In this document: positions 19,248 through 28,059 of the stretch, one piece after another
How the letters are laid out: each line of letters starts with the position of its first letter
Numbering within the stretch: the first letter of the stretch is position 1
Assembly (NCBI GenBank): GCA_043814985.1
Contig: JBDRJK010000001.1
Span: forward strand, 1-64,000
Reading direction: 5' to 3'
DNA from: Candidatus Aenigmatarchaeota archaeon
GTDB taxonomy: Archaea > Aenigmatarchaeota > Aenigmatarchaeia > Aenigmatarchaeales > Aenigmatarchaeaceae
DNA: 64,000 nucleotides
Notes under the pieces: generated by a model
The model's input: the letters and a program-made list of their open reading frames with translations, nothing else
Told to the model about the DNA's origin: nothing
Databases searched by the model: none
Position numbers and translations under genes: made by a program

Positions 19248-19278
19248 AATTGTGAAATGGATATTTATAATTAGTGGT
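19248..19278 (-). repeat. duplicated promoter element, copy 1
   Basis: AATTGTGAAATGGATATTTATAATTAGTGGT; 29/31 identical to 20291-20321; contains a TATA-like box. Confidence 0.85.
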
Positions 19279-19323
19279 TAATTGTAGTGCTTGTGCTGTT
19301 TTGGATAAAAAGAAAAAATGAAA

Positions 19324-20280
19324 CTATCTGCCCTGAACTGTCACGCTGGTCGTTCTCTCTGTGTAGTATCCGTATTTTACTGTTATATCAAACGGGTAAG
19401 ACTGGAATGTTGAGGGAATTGTATTGACAGTAAAATCACAGACTAATGTTAATTCTCTTCCTGCCACAAGTTCTTGGTCCAATAGATTAGCTGCAGTGCA
19501 TTCAGTACCGGCTCTTGACAATCCTGTACCTTCGTTTATAATAACTGATACATTGTTTATCTGGGCCATGTTTAGTCCAACACTATTACCACTATAAACT
19601 ATAGAACCTGGGTGATAGATTGTACCTGACGCAAGATTGTTTATTTTTATGTAAAGAGTAAATCTATTATCAGTGCCGTATAATACAACCGGTGTTGGAG
19701 ATACAGACACGCTCAAACCAACTGGTCCTTTAGTATATGTGAAGGAAGGTGTGTATATCTGTCTTCCAGCCGCTCTTGCTGCTTCTGCCTCAGTTTCACC
19801 GTAAACCCAAATGTTACCATTGGCAGTAGTGTTGTAGTCGTGGTAGACTCTCCCTATAAATATGTCATTTCTCGTTTGCCCAGGTGAAAGAGGTGGTGCT
19901 GTTAATGTTAAGGAGACTCTTTTAGTAGAAGCTGGAACGCCTCTAACAACATCTTCGGCCCTCATTTCTTGGCTAATAGATTCCTGATAATCAGTCGATG
20001 CAACGTCCCCATTCCACGCATCATAATTTGAACCTGTTATATAAACCTTGGACAGGCCTGAAGGAACGGTTGTTCCACCCCTGTTCTCAATCTCCATTAT
20101 CAACCTAACAGAATTGCCACTAAAGACACTAGAAGGCTCTGCTGTAAAGCTTATTATTTCAAGTCCGTTGCCTGCTCCAACTCCTATTCCACCTGCTCCT
20201 GGTATGTCTATTCCTACACATCCTGCGACTAGAACAGTTGCTAAAACTAACATCAAAATTTTTGCTTTCATTTGTTTCAC
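19324..20280 (-). CDS. putative lipoprotein, paralog 2 of surface cluster
   Basis: LVAGC lipobox; start may be ATG 20271. Confidence 0.8.
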   Translation of the reverse strand: MKQMKAKILMLVLATVLVAGCVGIDIPGAGGIGVGAGNGLEIISFTAEPSSVFSGNSVRLIMEIENRGGTTVPSGLSKVYITGSNYDAWNGDVASTDYQESISQEMRAEDVVRGVPASTKRVSLTLTAPPLSPGQTRNDIFIGRVYHDYNTTANGNIWVYGETEAEAARAAGRQIYTPSFTYTKGPVGLSVSVSPTPVVLYGTDNRFTLYIKINNLASGTIYHPGSIVYSGNSVGLNMAQINNVSVIINEGTGLSRAGTECTAANLLDQELVAGRELTLVCDFTVNTIPSTFQSYPFDITVKYGYYTERTTSVTVQGR

Positions 20281-20290
20281 TTAGAAATAA

Positions 20291-20321
20291 AATTGTAAAA
20301 TAGATATTTATAATTAGTGGT
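20291..20321 (-). repeat. duplicated promoter element, copy 2
   Basis: AATTGTAAAATAGATATTTATAATTAGTGGT. Confidence 0.85.
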
Positions 20322-20326
20322 GAATG

Positions 20327-21214
20327 CTATTTTGCCTTGACTGTTATTGGAATAGAGTCGTAGATTTTATACTCATAAATAACAGCAACATCAATGGACT
20401 TAATATCTATGGTAGATGTTGAAGCGGTTTTAAAACTGCATCTTGTCGGAACAGCTCTTCCCTTTATGAATTTTAATTCATCAATAAGGCTTAAGGTGCT
20501 TCCCGAACTTATGTAACCGTCACAGGACAAATCCATTATATTATTTGGGTAAATCAAATAAATTTTAACGTCCTCTAAAAAGCCATTTCCGTTGTTATTG
20601 TAATTGATGTCCATAGCGTATTCAGAAAGACCTGCAATAAAGGGCTGCGATTCAGGGAATGATAAGTAGACGTTCAATGGCCCCTTAGCGTAAGATGAAC
20701 TAATAGGAATACTTTGAAGCGTTCCTTCCATTTCCCTTTGCTGGTATTCATTCAGCGATAAAACAGCTATGTCTTGGAAAACCGAGTTTTTTGCCTCGTA
20801 AGATGTCAAGAACTTTATCGAGCACTGCCTGTCTATTTCTGACGGGTCTGATGTCCATCTCCAAGACCAAACACAACTGCGATTTCCCTTTAAAGTTCCT
20901 TCATCTCCACAATCATCCTTCACAAACAGACCGCTATTAAGATTCTCTGGAAAACATGCATTGTCATAGACTTCAAAATGAACATTGTTCAAATCATATG
21001 CCTGCTTGTTTCTCAACTCTACGAATACCTGGACGCCTCGCCCTGAATTGATCTGAGAAGAACTTGTTTCAACGTTTAAGAAGATGTCCGGGCTTCCCAT
21101 GTCAGTTGTAACTATTCCTGAACTTTCCAAACCTGGTATTGTGAGGTCTGGAAGCTGTATGCATAGAGAACATAAAGAAACTAGGAATATGGACAAAAGC
21201 AACAGGTATTTCAT
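20327..21214 (-). CDS. putative secreted/lipoprotein, paralog 3 of surface cluster
   Basis: signal ending SLCSLC; shares GP(L/I/V) and terminal YxY motifs with neighbours. Confidence 0.78.
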   Translation of the reverse strand: MKYLLLLSIFLVSLCSLCIQLPDLTIPGLESSGIVTTDMGSPDIFLNVETSSSQINSGRGVQVFVELRNKQAYDLNNVHFEVYDNACFPENLNSGLFVKDDCGDEGTLKGNRSCVWSWRWTSDPSEIDRQCSIKFLTSYEAKNSVFQDIAVLSLNEYQQREMEGTLQSIPISSSYAKGPLNVYLSFPESQPFIAGLSEYAMDINYNNNGNGFLEDVKIYLIYPNNIMDLSCDGYISSGSTLSLIDELKFIKGRAVPTRCSFKTASTSTIDIKSIDVAVIYEYKIYDSIPITVKAK

Positions 21215-21243
21215 AAAAAACTATTGCACTTTAATAAATAAAT

Positions 21244-22179
21244 CTATGGGTTTACCTTGATGTTGATCTCACCCACCGCAGAGTAGTCGTACTCAATCTC
21301 CGCGCTTATTGAGTATGTCTTCTCAGGACCAGGTCGAAAACTGAGATCATCGCTTTCTGGCGTCTTGATGTTGGAACACCTTATCTCAAGGGATTTTTTG
21401 TTTATTATAGGAATGTCCTCGTTGCTTGTGCAAACATTACCAAAACAATTAAAGTAAGGGCAGGCATTGGTAGGAACAGTAAACCCTGTTGGGAATGTTA
21501 TAGTAAAAGTCCCGTTTTCAATCTTTCTCAACAAACCTGTTCCCTTGTCTTCTACTCTTACATAAACTGGCAGTGGGGAGCCGTTCTTTACAGGAAGGTT
21601 GGCCCCAAATTCAAAGTAAATCTTTATGGGGCCTCTGCCAACATTAACAGTCGGCCTTGAAGTGACTGTCTCTCCTGCTCTCTGAAGTTCCAGAAGATAA
21701 TCCTTGTCAATGACAACAAAATCAACCTGTGACTCTGCTGTGTAGTCATAAAAATCAAACTTAAACCTTATGGGGCAGGTCACGCTTATGTAGGCAATCT
21801 CTTCACCTGTTGGGGCTTCAAAATTCCATTCAATCAGTCTTGATTCCTTTGGTGAGAATGTATCTACAAAAGAGCCTGTTGTGTCTGTAGGTGAAACTTC
21901 AGGGTCTCCGTCTATTGGCCTACACAATCCAGTATCATAAAGATTATAATCAAGGGGGATTTCCTCAAACTCGTCCTGATTCAAAACCTCGAAATAAACA
22001 GAAAACTGATCCCCTACACGGACAGACGTTGAAGGTAGAACAGTTATGTTGTGTACTGATATCACGTCAGGAGGCAGTTCCTTGACCTCAACATCCCCTC
22101 CAGAAAAAAAGTCGAAACCGGGCACTACGCATCCTGATATAAGCAAAACTGTTATCAATCCTAAAAATATTATTTTCAT
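21244..22179 (-). CDS. putative lipoprotein, paralog 4 of surface cluster
   Basis: LISGC lipobox; shared motifs. Confidence 0.8.
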   Translation of the reverse strand: MKIIFLGLITVLLISGCVVPGFDFFSGGDVEVKELPPDVISVHNITVLPSTSVRVGDQFSVYFEVLNQDEFEEIPLDYNLYDTGLCRPIDGDPEVSPTDTTGSFVDTFSPKESRLIEWNFEAPTGEEIAYISVTCPIRFKFDFYDYTAESQVDFVVIDKDYLLELQRAGETVTSRPTVNVGRGPIKIYFEFGANLPVKNGSPLPVYVRVEDKGTGLLRKIENGTFTITFPTGFTVPTNACPYFNCFGNVCTSNEDIPIINKKSLEIRCSNIKTPESDDLSFRPGPEKTYSISAEIEYDYSAVGEINIKVNP

Positions 22180-22217
22180 TCTATCACATTCTATATTTTA
22201 TTTTCTAATTTAAACGT

Positions 22218-25109
22218 TTATCCCGGAGGGGCGTTCGCTACTGACAGGCTTTGGGTTGTCGTTGTTTTAATATATCTGTAATCCGCTGTGCCTATTATAA
22301 GACTTGTTCTCCTATCAACATCTTCATCAATAGTTGATTCTATAAAAAATGATACTCTTTTGAATTCCTTGGGTTCTATTTCCCTGTTGTGAGTGCAGTG
22401 TATTAAGTTTCCAACAAATGAACAGCTGTCAAACGTGAAAGACAAATCATCTACTGAGTCAGGCAGACCTCCCAAAAATTCAGGTATGTAAATGTCAAAT
22501 GATGTGACAGATTCTATAATACCTCTACCCTCGTTGTAAATAGAAGCCACTATCAGAGAAGACTCCTCATCTCTCAGAGGCTGTCTCTGGCCCCACAATG
22601 TTGCCTTGACAGGACCTCCTGTGTATTGTGATGTCAGCTCCTGCAATGTTATCTGCCTATTTTCGAGCAGAGTTATGTAAAGATTATCATTTATGACTTC
22701 AATTGGTATTGAGACATTGACCCTGTAGTCATAGCTGTAATTTGCATTTATCTTGACTACCTGACCTGAATGTGTATACACTTCTCCGTCATCCGTAATT
22801 TCTGTTTCTCCCAGAATTATAGTAGTACCATCCTCCGCAGTTCCGGACCATGAATCCTGTTGCATTATGAATGTGGACATCTTTATCTCGTCGGGATAAG
22901 TTATTCCTGACCACTGGCATGTACTTATATGACCGGAAGGCGTCTGGTCATCCATTCCACTGCAGGTCAATTTCTTAAATGTTCCCATTTCTACTGACTC
23001 CTCTTTCACAGGATCCTCCCAAGTCGACCATATGTCCAATTTTATATTATTCGCATTGAACTCACCATCATTAGAAAGCTCTATCGAACCTATTGTCGGC
23101 TCGCTCGGCTCAAGTATGCCTGGGAATGATGGGAATATGTCAAATTTGGACAGCTCCATTGACCTTATTGTGCCTCCAGACTTGACAGCGCTCTTGGTCG
23201 CCTGGCCCTTTTGAGTCTGCAGCAGATAGTACTGCTGCGGGTTTGTCATCATCAACCAAGCATCTCCCATGCTGCTCTGAGCCTGATAAAACATCTCACT
23301 GAGGGGTTCGAAAATCATTGCTGTAAAGTTCTGGACCTGTGGCCAGAAGTAGCCGAACACTGCCTGTCCTATTGTTCCAGTGTACATGCTCGAGAATGTG
23401 ACCATTGCAATCAGTATCATCAGAATACCTATTGCAGGCTTTCCTCCAGAACCAGCTGATATTCCTGTGATAAATGAGACCACCCATATCAGGATAAACA
23501 TGACCATGGTTATGTCGTCCACTGTGAATGCTGTCAAAACACCGGAGAACAGCAGAGAGGCAAACATAAAGATAGGAAACAATACATATCTGTCCACCTT
23601 CTCAAAGCCGCCTCCAACACTATCCAGCCTCTTTGATGTTATCTCTATTACCCACTTGCCCTCTTCCTTTTCTTTCTTGTATACAGGAAGCGTGACAAAG
23701 AAGGCCAAGGCCATGAAGAAGAGTGAAATGCCAACCGGGCTTGACCCAAAGGTCATGAAGAACAATATTGCTATGTATACTCCCAAAGCCATTCTGAAGA
23801 ACGACTCTATTGCCTCGAAGGGCTTGCTGTTCTTGAACTCGATTGGCAGCATGAAGTAAAAGAAGAAAGCAATTACCAGAGTAAGCATTAGGTTAATCAT
23901 GAAAAATTGGTAGATTACAAGACCGAAGAACAGTAACTTGAAAATAGCCTTTGGAACCAGTAGCCATCCCTTACTGCCAAGAGCCTCGTTAGGACCCAGA
24001 GACTTGAGGATTTCGCTTTCCCCTGGAAGCAAAATGTAAACAGGCATAATGGCCATCAGGGCTATTGCCAGATACATGAATGATATTGGGAATCCCAAGA
24101 ATTGCGGTACTATCAACACTGCTATGCCAGCTATTACAAACATCAATACGCTGTAAAGCTCTGTTTCAACCTTTTCCCTAGAACTTTTGCTAAGTTTTAC
24201 TTTATCTCTTTCTGCTTCTTGAACATATCGTGGGTCTTGATAAATGTTAGGTTCACCACAAGGACAATATTTTAATTTATAATCATAAGATTCACCACAT
24301 GCAGGACAAATAACATCACTTCGTCCACTCTTGCCTATTTTTCCTGTGGTCCTAGATTCTATACCACCACTAATTCTTCCAGTACCTGATTTTATCTTTC
24401 CACCAAATCTTCCAGAACCTGATTTTATCTTTCCACCAATTCTACTGGCCCTACCAGGAGGCTTTTCAAAAAGCTTGTTCAGCGTTGGTATGTATTCTTC
24501 CGCTGGTTTCTTTGATTCTATGCTTCTTTGTTTTCTTAATTCAATTTCCTTAAAGGTCTGCTCCCTGTCTATTAATGGATTAGTAATACCACATTGAGGA
24601 CATCTCTTAGAATCTTTATGATAAGTATGTTGACACCAAGGACATCTCATTCCAGTTTTTTCACTACGCTGTTTTTTTGCTGTTGCTGTTTTAAAGAAAT
24701 CTCCCAAACGAACATTCCCTCTTATACCCGCTTCTGCTTCTCTTGATTTTTTTCTCTCTTCCTCTAGGATTTTTTCCTCTTTTTTATACCTTTTTCTTAA
24801 ATTAATTCCACGTTTTCTTCTGTCTTTAGACAAATTTTTCTGTCTTAAAAACTCATCCATCATCTCATCGGCTAATTTTTCCTCTAATGCATATTTTTTA
24901 CAAATAGGGCACCTTCCCTCATGGAGGGCATAAAAATTTACTTGCCTTCCACAACTAGCACATGTTATAAATTTAGAACCAATAAAAGTTCCTCCCTGGC
25001 CTTCATAATATGGAATTCCCTCAGGGCTTATTTTCCTAACACCATGAGGCATCTTTTCTACTGTTTTTTCCATTCCCAATAATCTTCTAATCCTATCAAG
25101 TATACTCAT
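22218..25109 (-). CDS. large polytopic membrane protein with N-terminal Zn ribbons and C-terminal cluster domain
   Basis: 963 aa; three Cys-pair Zn ribbons, multi-TM core, acidic ectodomain sharing motifs with the four lipoproteins. Confidence 0.8.
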   Translation of the reverse strand: MSILDRIRRLLGMEKTVEKMPHGVRKISPEGIPYYEGQGGTFIGSKFITCASCGRQVNFYALHEGRCPICKKYALEEKLADEMMDEFLRQKNLSKDRRKRGINLRKRYKKEEKILEEERKKSREAEAGIRGNVRLGDFFKTATAKKQRSEKTGMRCPWCQHTYHKDSKRCPQCGITNPLIDREQTFKEIELRKQRSIESKKPAEEYIPTLNKLFEKPPGRASRIGGKIKSGSGRFGGKIKSGTGRISGGIESRTTGKIGKSGRSDVICPACGESYDYKLKYCPCGEPNIYQDPRYVQEAERDKVKLSKSSREKVETELYSVLMFVIAGIAVLIVPQFLGFPISFMYLAIALMAIMPVYILLPGESEILKSLGPNEALGSKGWLLVPKAIFKLLFFGLVIYQFFMINLMLTLVIAFFFYFMLPIEFKNSKPFEAIESFFRMALGVYIAILFFMTFGSSPVGISLFFMALAFFVTLPVYKKEKEEGKWVIEITSKRLDSVGGGFEKVDRYVLFPIFMFASLLFSGVLTAFTVDDITMVMFILIWVVSFITGISAGSGGKPAIGILMILIAMVTFSSMYTGTIGQAVFGYFWPQVQNFTAMIFEPLSEMFYQAQSSMGDAWLMMTNPQQYYLLQTQKGQATKSAVKSGGTIRSMELSKFDIFPSFPGILEPSEPTIGSIELSNDGEFNANNIKLDIWSTWEDPVKEESVEMGTFKKLTCSGMDDQTPSGHISTCQWSGITYPDEIKMSTFIMQQDSWSGTAEDGTTIILGETEITDDGEVYTHSGQVVKINANYSYDYRVNVSIPIEVINDNLYITLLENRQITLQELTSQYTGGPVKATLWGQRQPLRDEESSLIVASIYNEGRGIIESVTSFDIYIPEFLGGLPDSVDDLSFTFDSCSFVGNLIHCTHNREIEPKEFKRVSFFIESTIDEDVDRRTSLIIGTADYRYIKTTTTQSLSVANAPPG
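24375..24440. repeat. 33-bp tandem repeat (2 copies) encoding (I/F)GGKIKSG(S/T)GR
   Basis: TCTTCCAG(T/A)ACCTGATTTTATCTTTCCACCAA(A/T) twice, two mismatches. Confidence 0.85.
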
Positions 25110-25159
25110 AAAAACAACTCTTTATCTAATCTAAGAATTATGAAAATTGCTATATTAAA

Positions 25160-25936
25160 TTAACCGTAGAACAAGACAATCCTAGAAGAAGTGATGTTGT
25201 AGTTTGTGTTTGGCCCTGCTGACAAGTCAATTGTATTTGTTCCCTCCTGAAGCCTGTCAGTGGCAAAGTCTATGAAAACAGGTATTATACCAGTGTATAT
25301 CTCAACGCCATTGACCCTGACCTCAAGGTTCTCGTTTCCTGTTCTCCTACCGAACACCAAGAGCCTTGCCCTGTTCAGGCTGTTTATTTCGCTTGGTGTC
25401 ATATCAAACTCAATTGTCTGGCTCTTCCTGCTCTCATAGCTAACAGAAACATCAGCGTCAAATATGTAGATGGTTGGCGCCCATATCTTCCAGCCAGAAG
25501 TCTCTGCTATAATGTTTATGCTGTTGCTGCTTTTGAGAATGGAGCTGTCAAAGCTTATTCCCTTGTCGCCTATGCTGGGTGCGCCCCTGTAGATTTCTTC
25601 ACCATTAATGTAAACCATCAGGTTGCCATAGTAATTGGATTTCTGGGTATTCAGGTTAATGGTTCCCTCTGTAATATCACCTATGTTCTCAATGTCAAAC
25701 TCGCTCCTCTGTTCTGAATAAGAAAACAAGCCGTTGCTGATCTCGCCACCAAACTCCGAAACAGTATTCTCGCCAACAGAGTAGGATATGGAGAAGTCCT
25801 CACCAAGCTCAATGCTCCGGCTAGACTGTGATATGTTCCTGCCAGTTGCAGAAAAGTCAAAACCCCCAGAGAAAACCAGCATCATAACTATTAATCCTAA
25901 TATGGCTGCTATGAGCACTGGAATGAAGTCAGGCAT
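25160..25936 (-). CDS. membrane-anchored beta-rich secreted protein
   Basis: start reassigned to ATG 25936 (MPDFIPVLIAAILG), avoiding overlap with pelota; internally repeated VYINGEEIY / VRVNGVEIY. Confidence 0.75.
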   Translation of the reverse strand: MPDFIPVLIAAILGLIVMMLVFSGGFDFSATGRNISQSSRSIELGEDFSISYSVGENTVSEFGGEISNGLFSYSEQRSEFDIENIGDITEGTINLNTQKSNYYGNLMVYINGEEIYRGAPSIGDKGISFDSSILKSSNSINIIAETSGWKIWAPTIYIFDADVSVSYESRKSQTIEFDMTPSEINSLNRARLLVFGRRTGNENLEVRVNGVEIYTGIIPVFIDFATDRLQEGTNTIDLSAGPNTNYNITSSRIVLFYG

Positions 25937-25973
25937 AATTGTATTTAATATATTAAGAATAAAAATATTCCTT

Positions 25974-26981
25974 ATGCGCTCATCATTTGATTTGAAGCAC
26001 AACATAGTGAAAATAACGCCTCAGACCAAGAGCGACCTCTTCATACTGAAGGAGGTCATAACGCCTGAGAGCTATGTCACTGCGAAGTCTCCCAGAAGCG
26101 TCAAGATAAAGAGAGGCGACCAGATGGTAAGGGCTAAGACTGGCAGGAAGGAAGTTGTAATGAAACTGCAGGTCGAGAAGATTGAGCTAAAGGAGAAATT
26201 AAGATTAACAGGAAAAATTACTGAGGCCCCTGACAGCGTTGACAAGGGCTATCACACCATAGAGATCGAACCAGACAAGTTTTTGAAAATAGAGAAGGAG
26301 TGGAAGTCCTGGGAACTGGACAGGATAAGGTCTGCCCAGATAAAGTCAGAACCTGTTCTAGTTTGTATCCTTGATGACGAGGAGGCTGACTTCTATTTCC
26401 TCAAGGAAAGGTACAAGCACCTGCTTCACATACAGGCTAACGTGCCTGGCAAGGGATTCGATACAAAAAAGGCTGACCTGAAGAAAAAGGAGTACTACAA
26501 GAAGGTACTGGAGAAGTTCAAGAAGGAGGAAAAGAGAGTTAAAAAGATAATTATCGCAGGACCTGGTTTCACCAAGGATAATATACAGACGCTCATCAAG
26601 GAAAGGGAGAAGGACCTGCTAGAAAAATTAATGGTCAATTCTGCATACCAGACAGGTAACCTCGGTTTGCAGGAATTATTGAATAAAGGCCTGCTTGAAA
26701 AGCTGGGAAAAATGAGCAGGATAGAAGAAGAGACAAAGGCTGTTGAGAGGCTGCTGGAGCAAATGGGAAAAGAGGGCAAGGCTGTCATCGGAGACAATGT
26801 TAAAGAAGGCATCAAATCCGGCTTGGAAATTCTGCTTGTATCTGACAATAAGATAAGAGATTTCGAGGAACTGCTGGATCTGGCAGACGAGTTAAAAATA
26901 AAAATAATGGTTATTTCCTCAGAGCACCCTGCAGGGGAAAGGCTTCTGGGAATTGGCGGGATAGCCGGCCTAAGATACTAA
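25974..26981 (+). CDS. pelA: pelota ribosome rescue factor
   Basis: start reassigned to ATG 25974; LRLTGKI, YHTIEI, IIIAGPGFTK and SSEHPAGERLLGIGGIAGLRY motifs. Confidence 0.92.
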   Translation: MRSSFDLKHNIVKITPQTKSDLFILKEVITPESYVTAKSPRSVKIKRGDQMVRAKTGRKEVVMKLQVEKIELKEKLRLTGKITEAPDSVDKGYHTIEIEPDKFLKIEKEWKSWELDRIRSAQIKSEPVLVCILDDEEADFYFLKERYKHLLHIQANVPGKGFDTKKADLKKKEYYKKVLEKFKKEEKRVKKIIIAGPGFTKDNIQTLIKEREKDLLEKLMVNSAYQTGNLGLQELLNKGLLEKLGKMSRIEEETKAVERLLEQMGKEGKAVIGDNVKEGIKSGLEILLVSDNKIRDFEELLDLADELKIKIMVISSEHPAGERLLGIGGIAGLRY

Positions 26982-27014
26982 GGTTTAAATTTCTTTCTTT
27001 CCCTTATTTTAAAC

Positions 27015-27203
27015 ATGAGTGAAGTTGAAAGAACAATGGAACATATGATTAAAGATTTAAATGCGGCATCTTCAATAGTTAAAACTTTTAAAGGAGATGT
27101 TATATATTTAGGACCTACAGAACATCCTAAATCATCTAATAGTGAAAATGTGAGTAAGCTTAATATTGTAGACGGAAAATGGAGACCAAGATATCCAAAA
27201 TAA
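27015..27203 (+). CDS. small hypothetical protein, AT-rich
   Basis: 62-aa ORF with TTTAAA box about 25 nt upstream. Confidence 0.5.
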   Translation: MSEVERTMEHMIKDLNAASSIVKTFKGDVIYLGPTEHPKSSNSENVSKLNIVDGKWRPRYPK

Positions 27204-27211
27204 AAAATGAG

Positions 27212-27284
27212 TGGACCGGTCGGGACTTGAACCCGAAACCTCCACCATGCCAGGGTGGCAATCTACCAGTTGATCTACCGGCCC
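27212..27284 (-). tRNA. tRNA-Ala(GGC)
   Basis: cloverleaf; CCACC-CT-GGC-AT-GGTGG anticodon arm; G3:U70. Confidence 0.95.
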
Positions 27285-27297
27285 TAAATAAGATTTA

Positions 27298-27819
27298 TTA
27301 TTTCAAGTGTTTATGAATGCCATCGTAGCCCTGCTTTGTCTTGTCCATCTTAAGAAACACAAGCTGGATTATCCTGGCATTCTCCTTTATGTCAATACCC
27401 TTCTCGTTCATTACATTCAACAAAAACTCAGCCTTGCCCTCGAAACCAGCATCCCAGAACCCAGTGAAGACAGTGGCTCCCATTCTATTAAGAGACGATC
27501 TGGGCATGGCAATAGCAATCAAGTCCAAAGGCATCTTAAACATCTCATTTGACTTGACCTTGTAGATACCTTTGTCCAAATGCCACCATCCGTATTCATC
27601 TTCACAACTTTTCTTGATGGGGTCAATCTCCACAGACTCGGGTATCACTCTTTCCTTGTTGTTGAAGTCCAAACAACCAGAACCAGTTATCTTGTAGACC
27701 TTTTTCAGTGTCACATCAAAGCCATTGGGAGTCAACTGCTTGTAAAGATTAACAAATTCAGAAACAAGCTGATGTTTCTCTATTAATTCCTCTATTTGTT
27801 CCCTGTTCAAGACAAGCAT
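27298..27819 (-). CDS. trimeric dUTPase / dCTP deaminase family
   Basis: QLTPNGFDVTL, PRSSLNRMG, WDAGFEG, ARIIQLVF and GYDGIH motifs. Confidence 0.9.
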   Translation of the reverse strand: MLVLNREQIEELIEKHQLVSEFVNLYKQLTPNGFDVTLKKVYKITGSGCLDFNNKERVIPESVEIDPIKKSCEDEYGWWHLDKGIYKVKSNEMFKMPLDLIAIAMPRSSLNRMGATVFTGFWDAGFEGKAEFLLNVMNEKGIDIKENARIIQLVFLKMDKTKQGYDGIHKHLK

Positions 27820-27832
27820 TTAATCACAAAAG

Positions 27833-27905
27833 TGGGCCAGGCAGGACTCGAACCTGCGATATTCACCGTGTAAGGGTGACGTCATAGCCGCTAGACCACT
27901 GGCCC
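27833..27905 (-). tRNA. tRNA-Val(TAC)
   Basis: cloverleaf; TCACC-CT-TAC-AC-GGTGA anticodon arm. Confidence 0.95.
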
Positions 27906-27910
27906 TGGAG

Positions 27911-28023
27911 TGGGCGAGGGGAGATTTGAACTCCCGACCTCCAGTTTTTACAAAACGCAGCCAACAAAAAGGACTAGCGTCCTTTTATAAGACTGGCGCT
28001 CTGCCAGACTAAGCTACCCGCCC
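27911..28023 (-). tRNA. tRNA-Ile(TAT) with 39-nt intron in the anticodon loop
   Basis: CCAGT-CT-TAT-A-[27985..27947]-A-ACTGG; 74 nt after splicing. Confidence 0.85.
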
Positions 28024-28059
28024 ATTAAGGATTTATTTTGTATACAACAATTTAAAAAT

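Noticed and set aside
25788..26005. Apparent long overlap of pelota with the opposite-strand gene
   Set aside because: Disappears with downstream ATG starts that match the expected protein N-termini
16460..27284. Possible integrated element bounded by tRNAs around the lipoprotein cluster
   Set aside because: No integrase, no duplicated tRNA 3' end seen, and housekeeping genes (pelota, EndoQ) lie inside
27941..27960. Alternative reading of the intron-containing tRNA as Tyr(GTA)
   Set aside because: It would need an 8-nt loop, and the G1-C72 acceptor does not fit archaeal tRNA-Tyr
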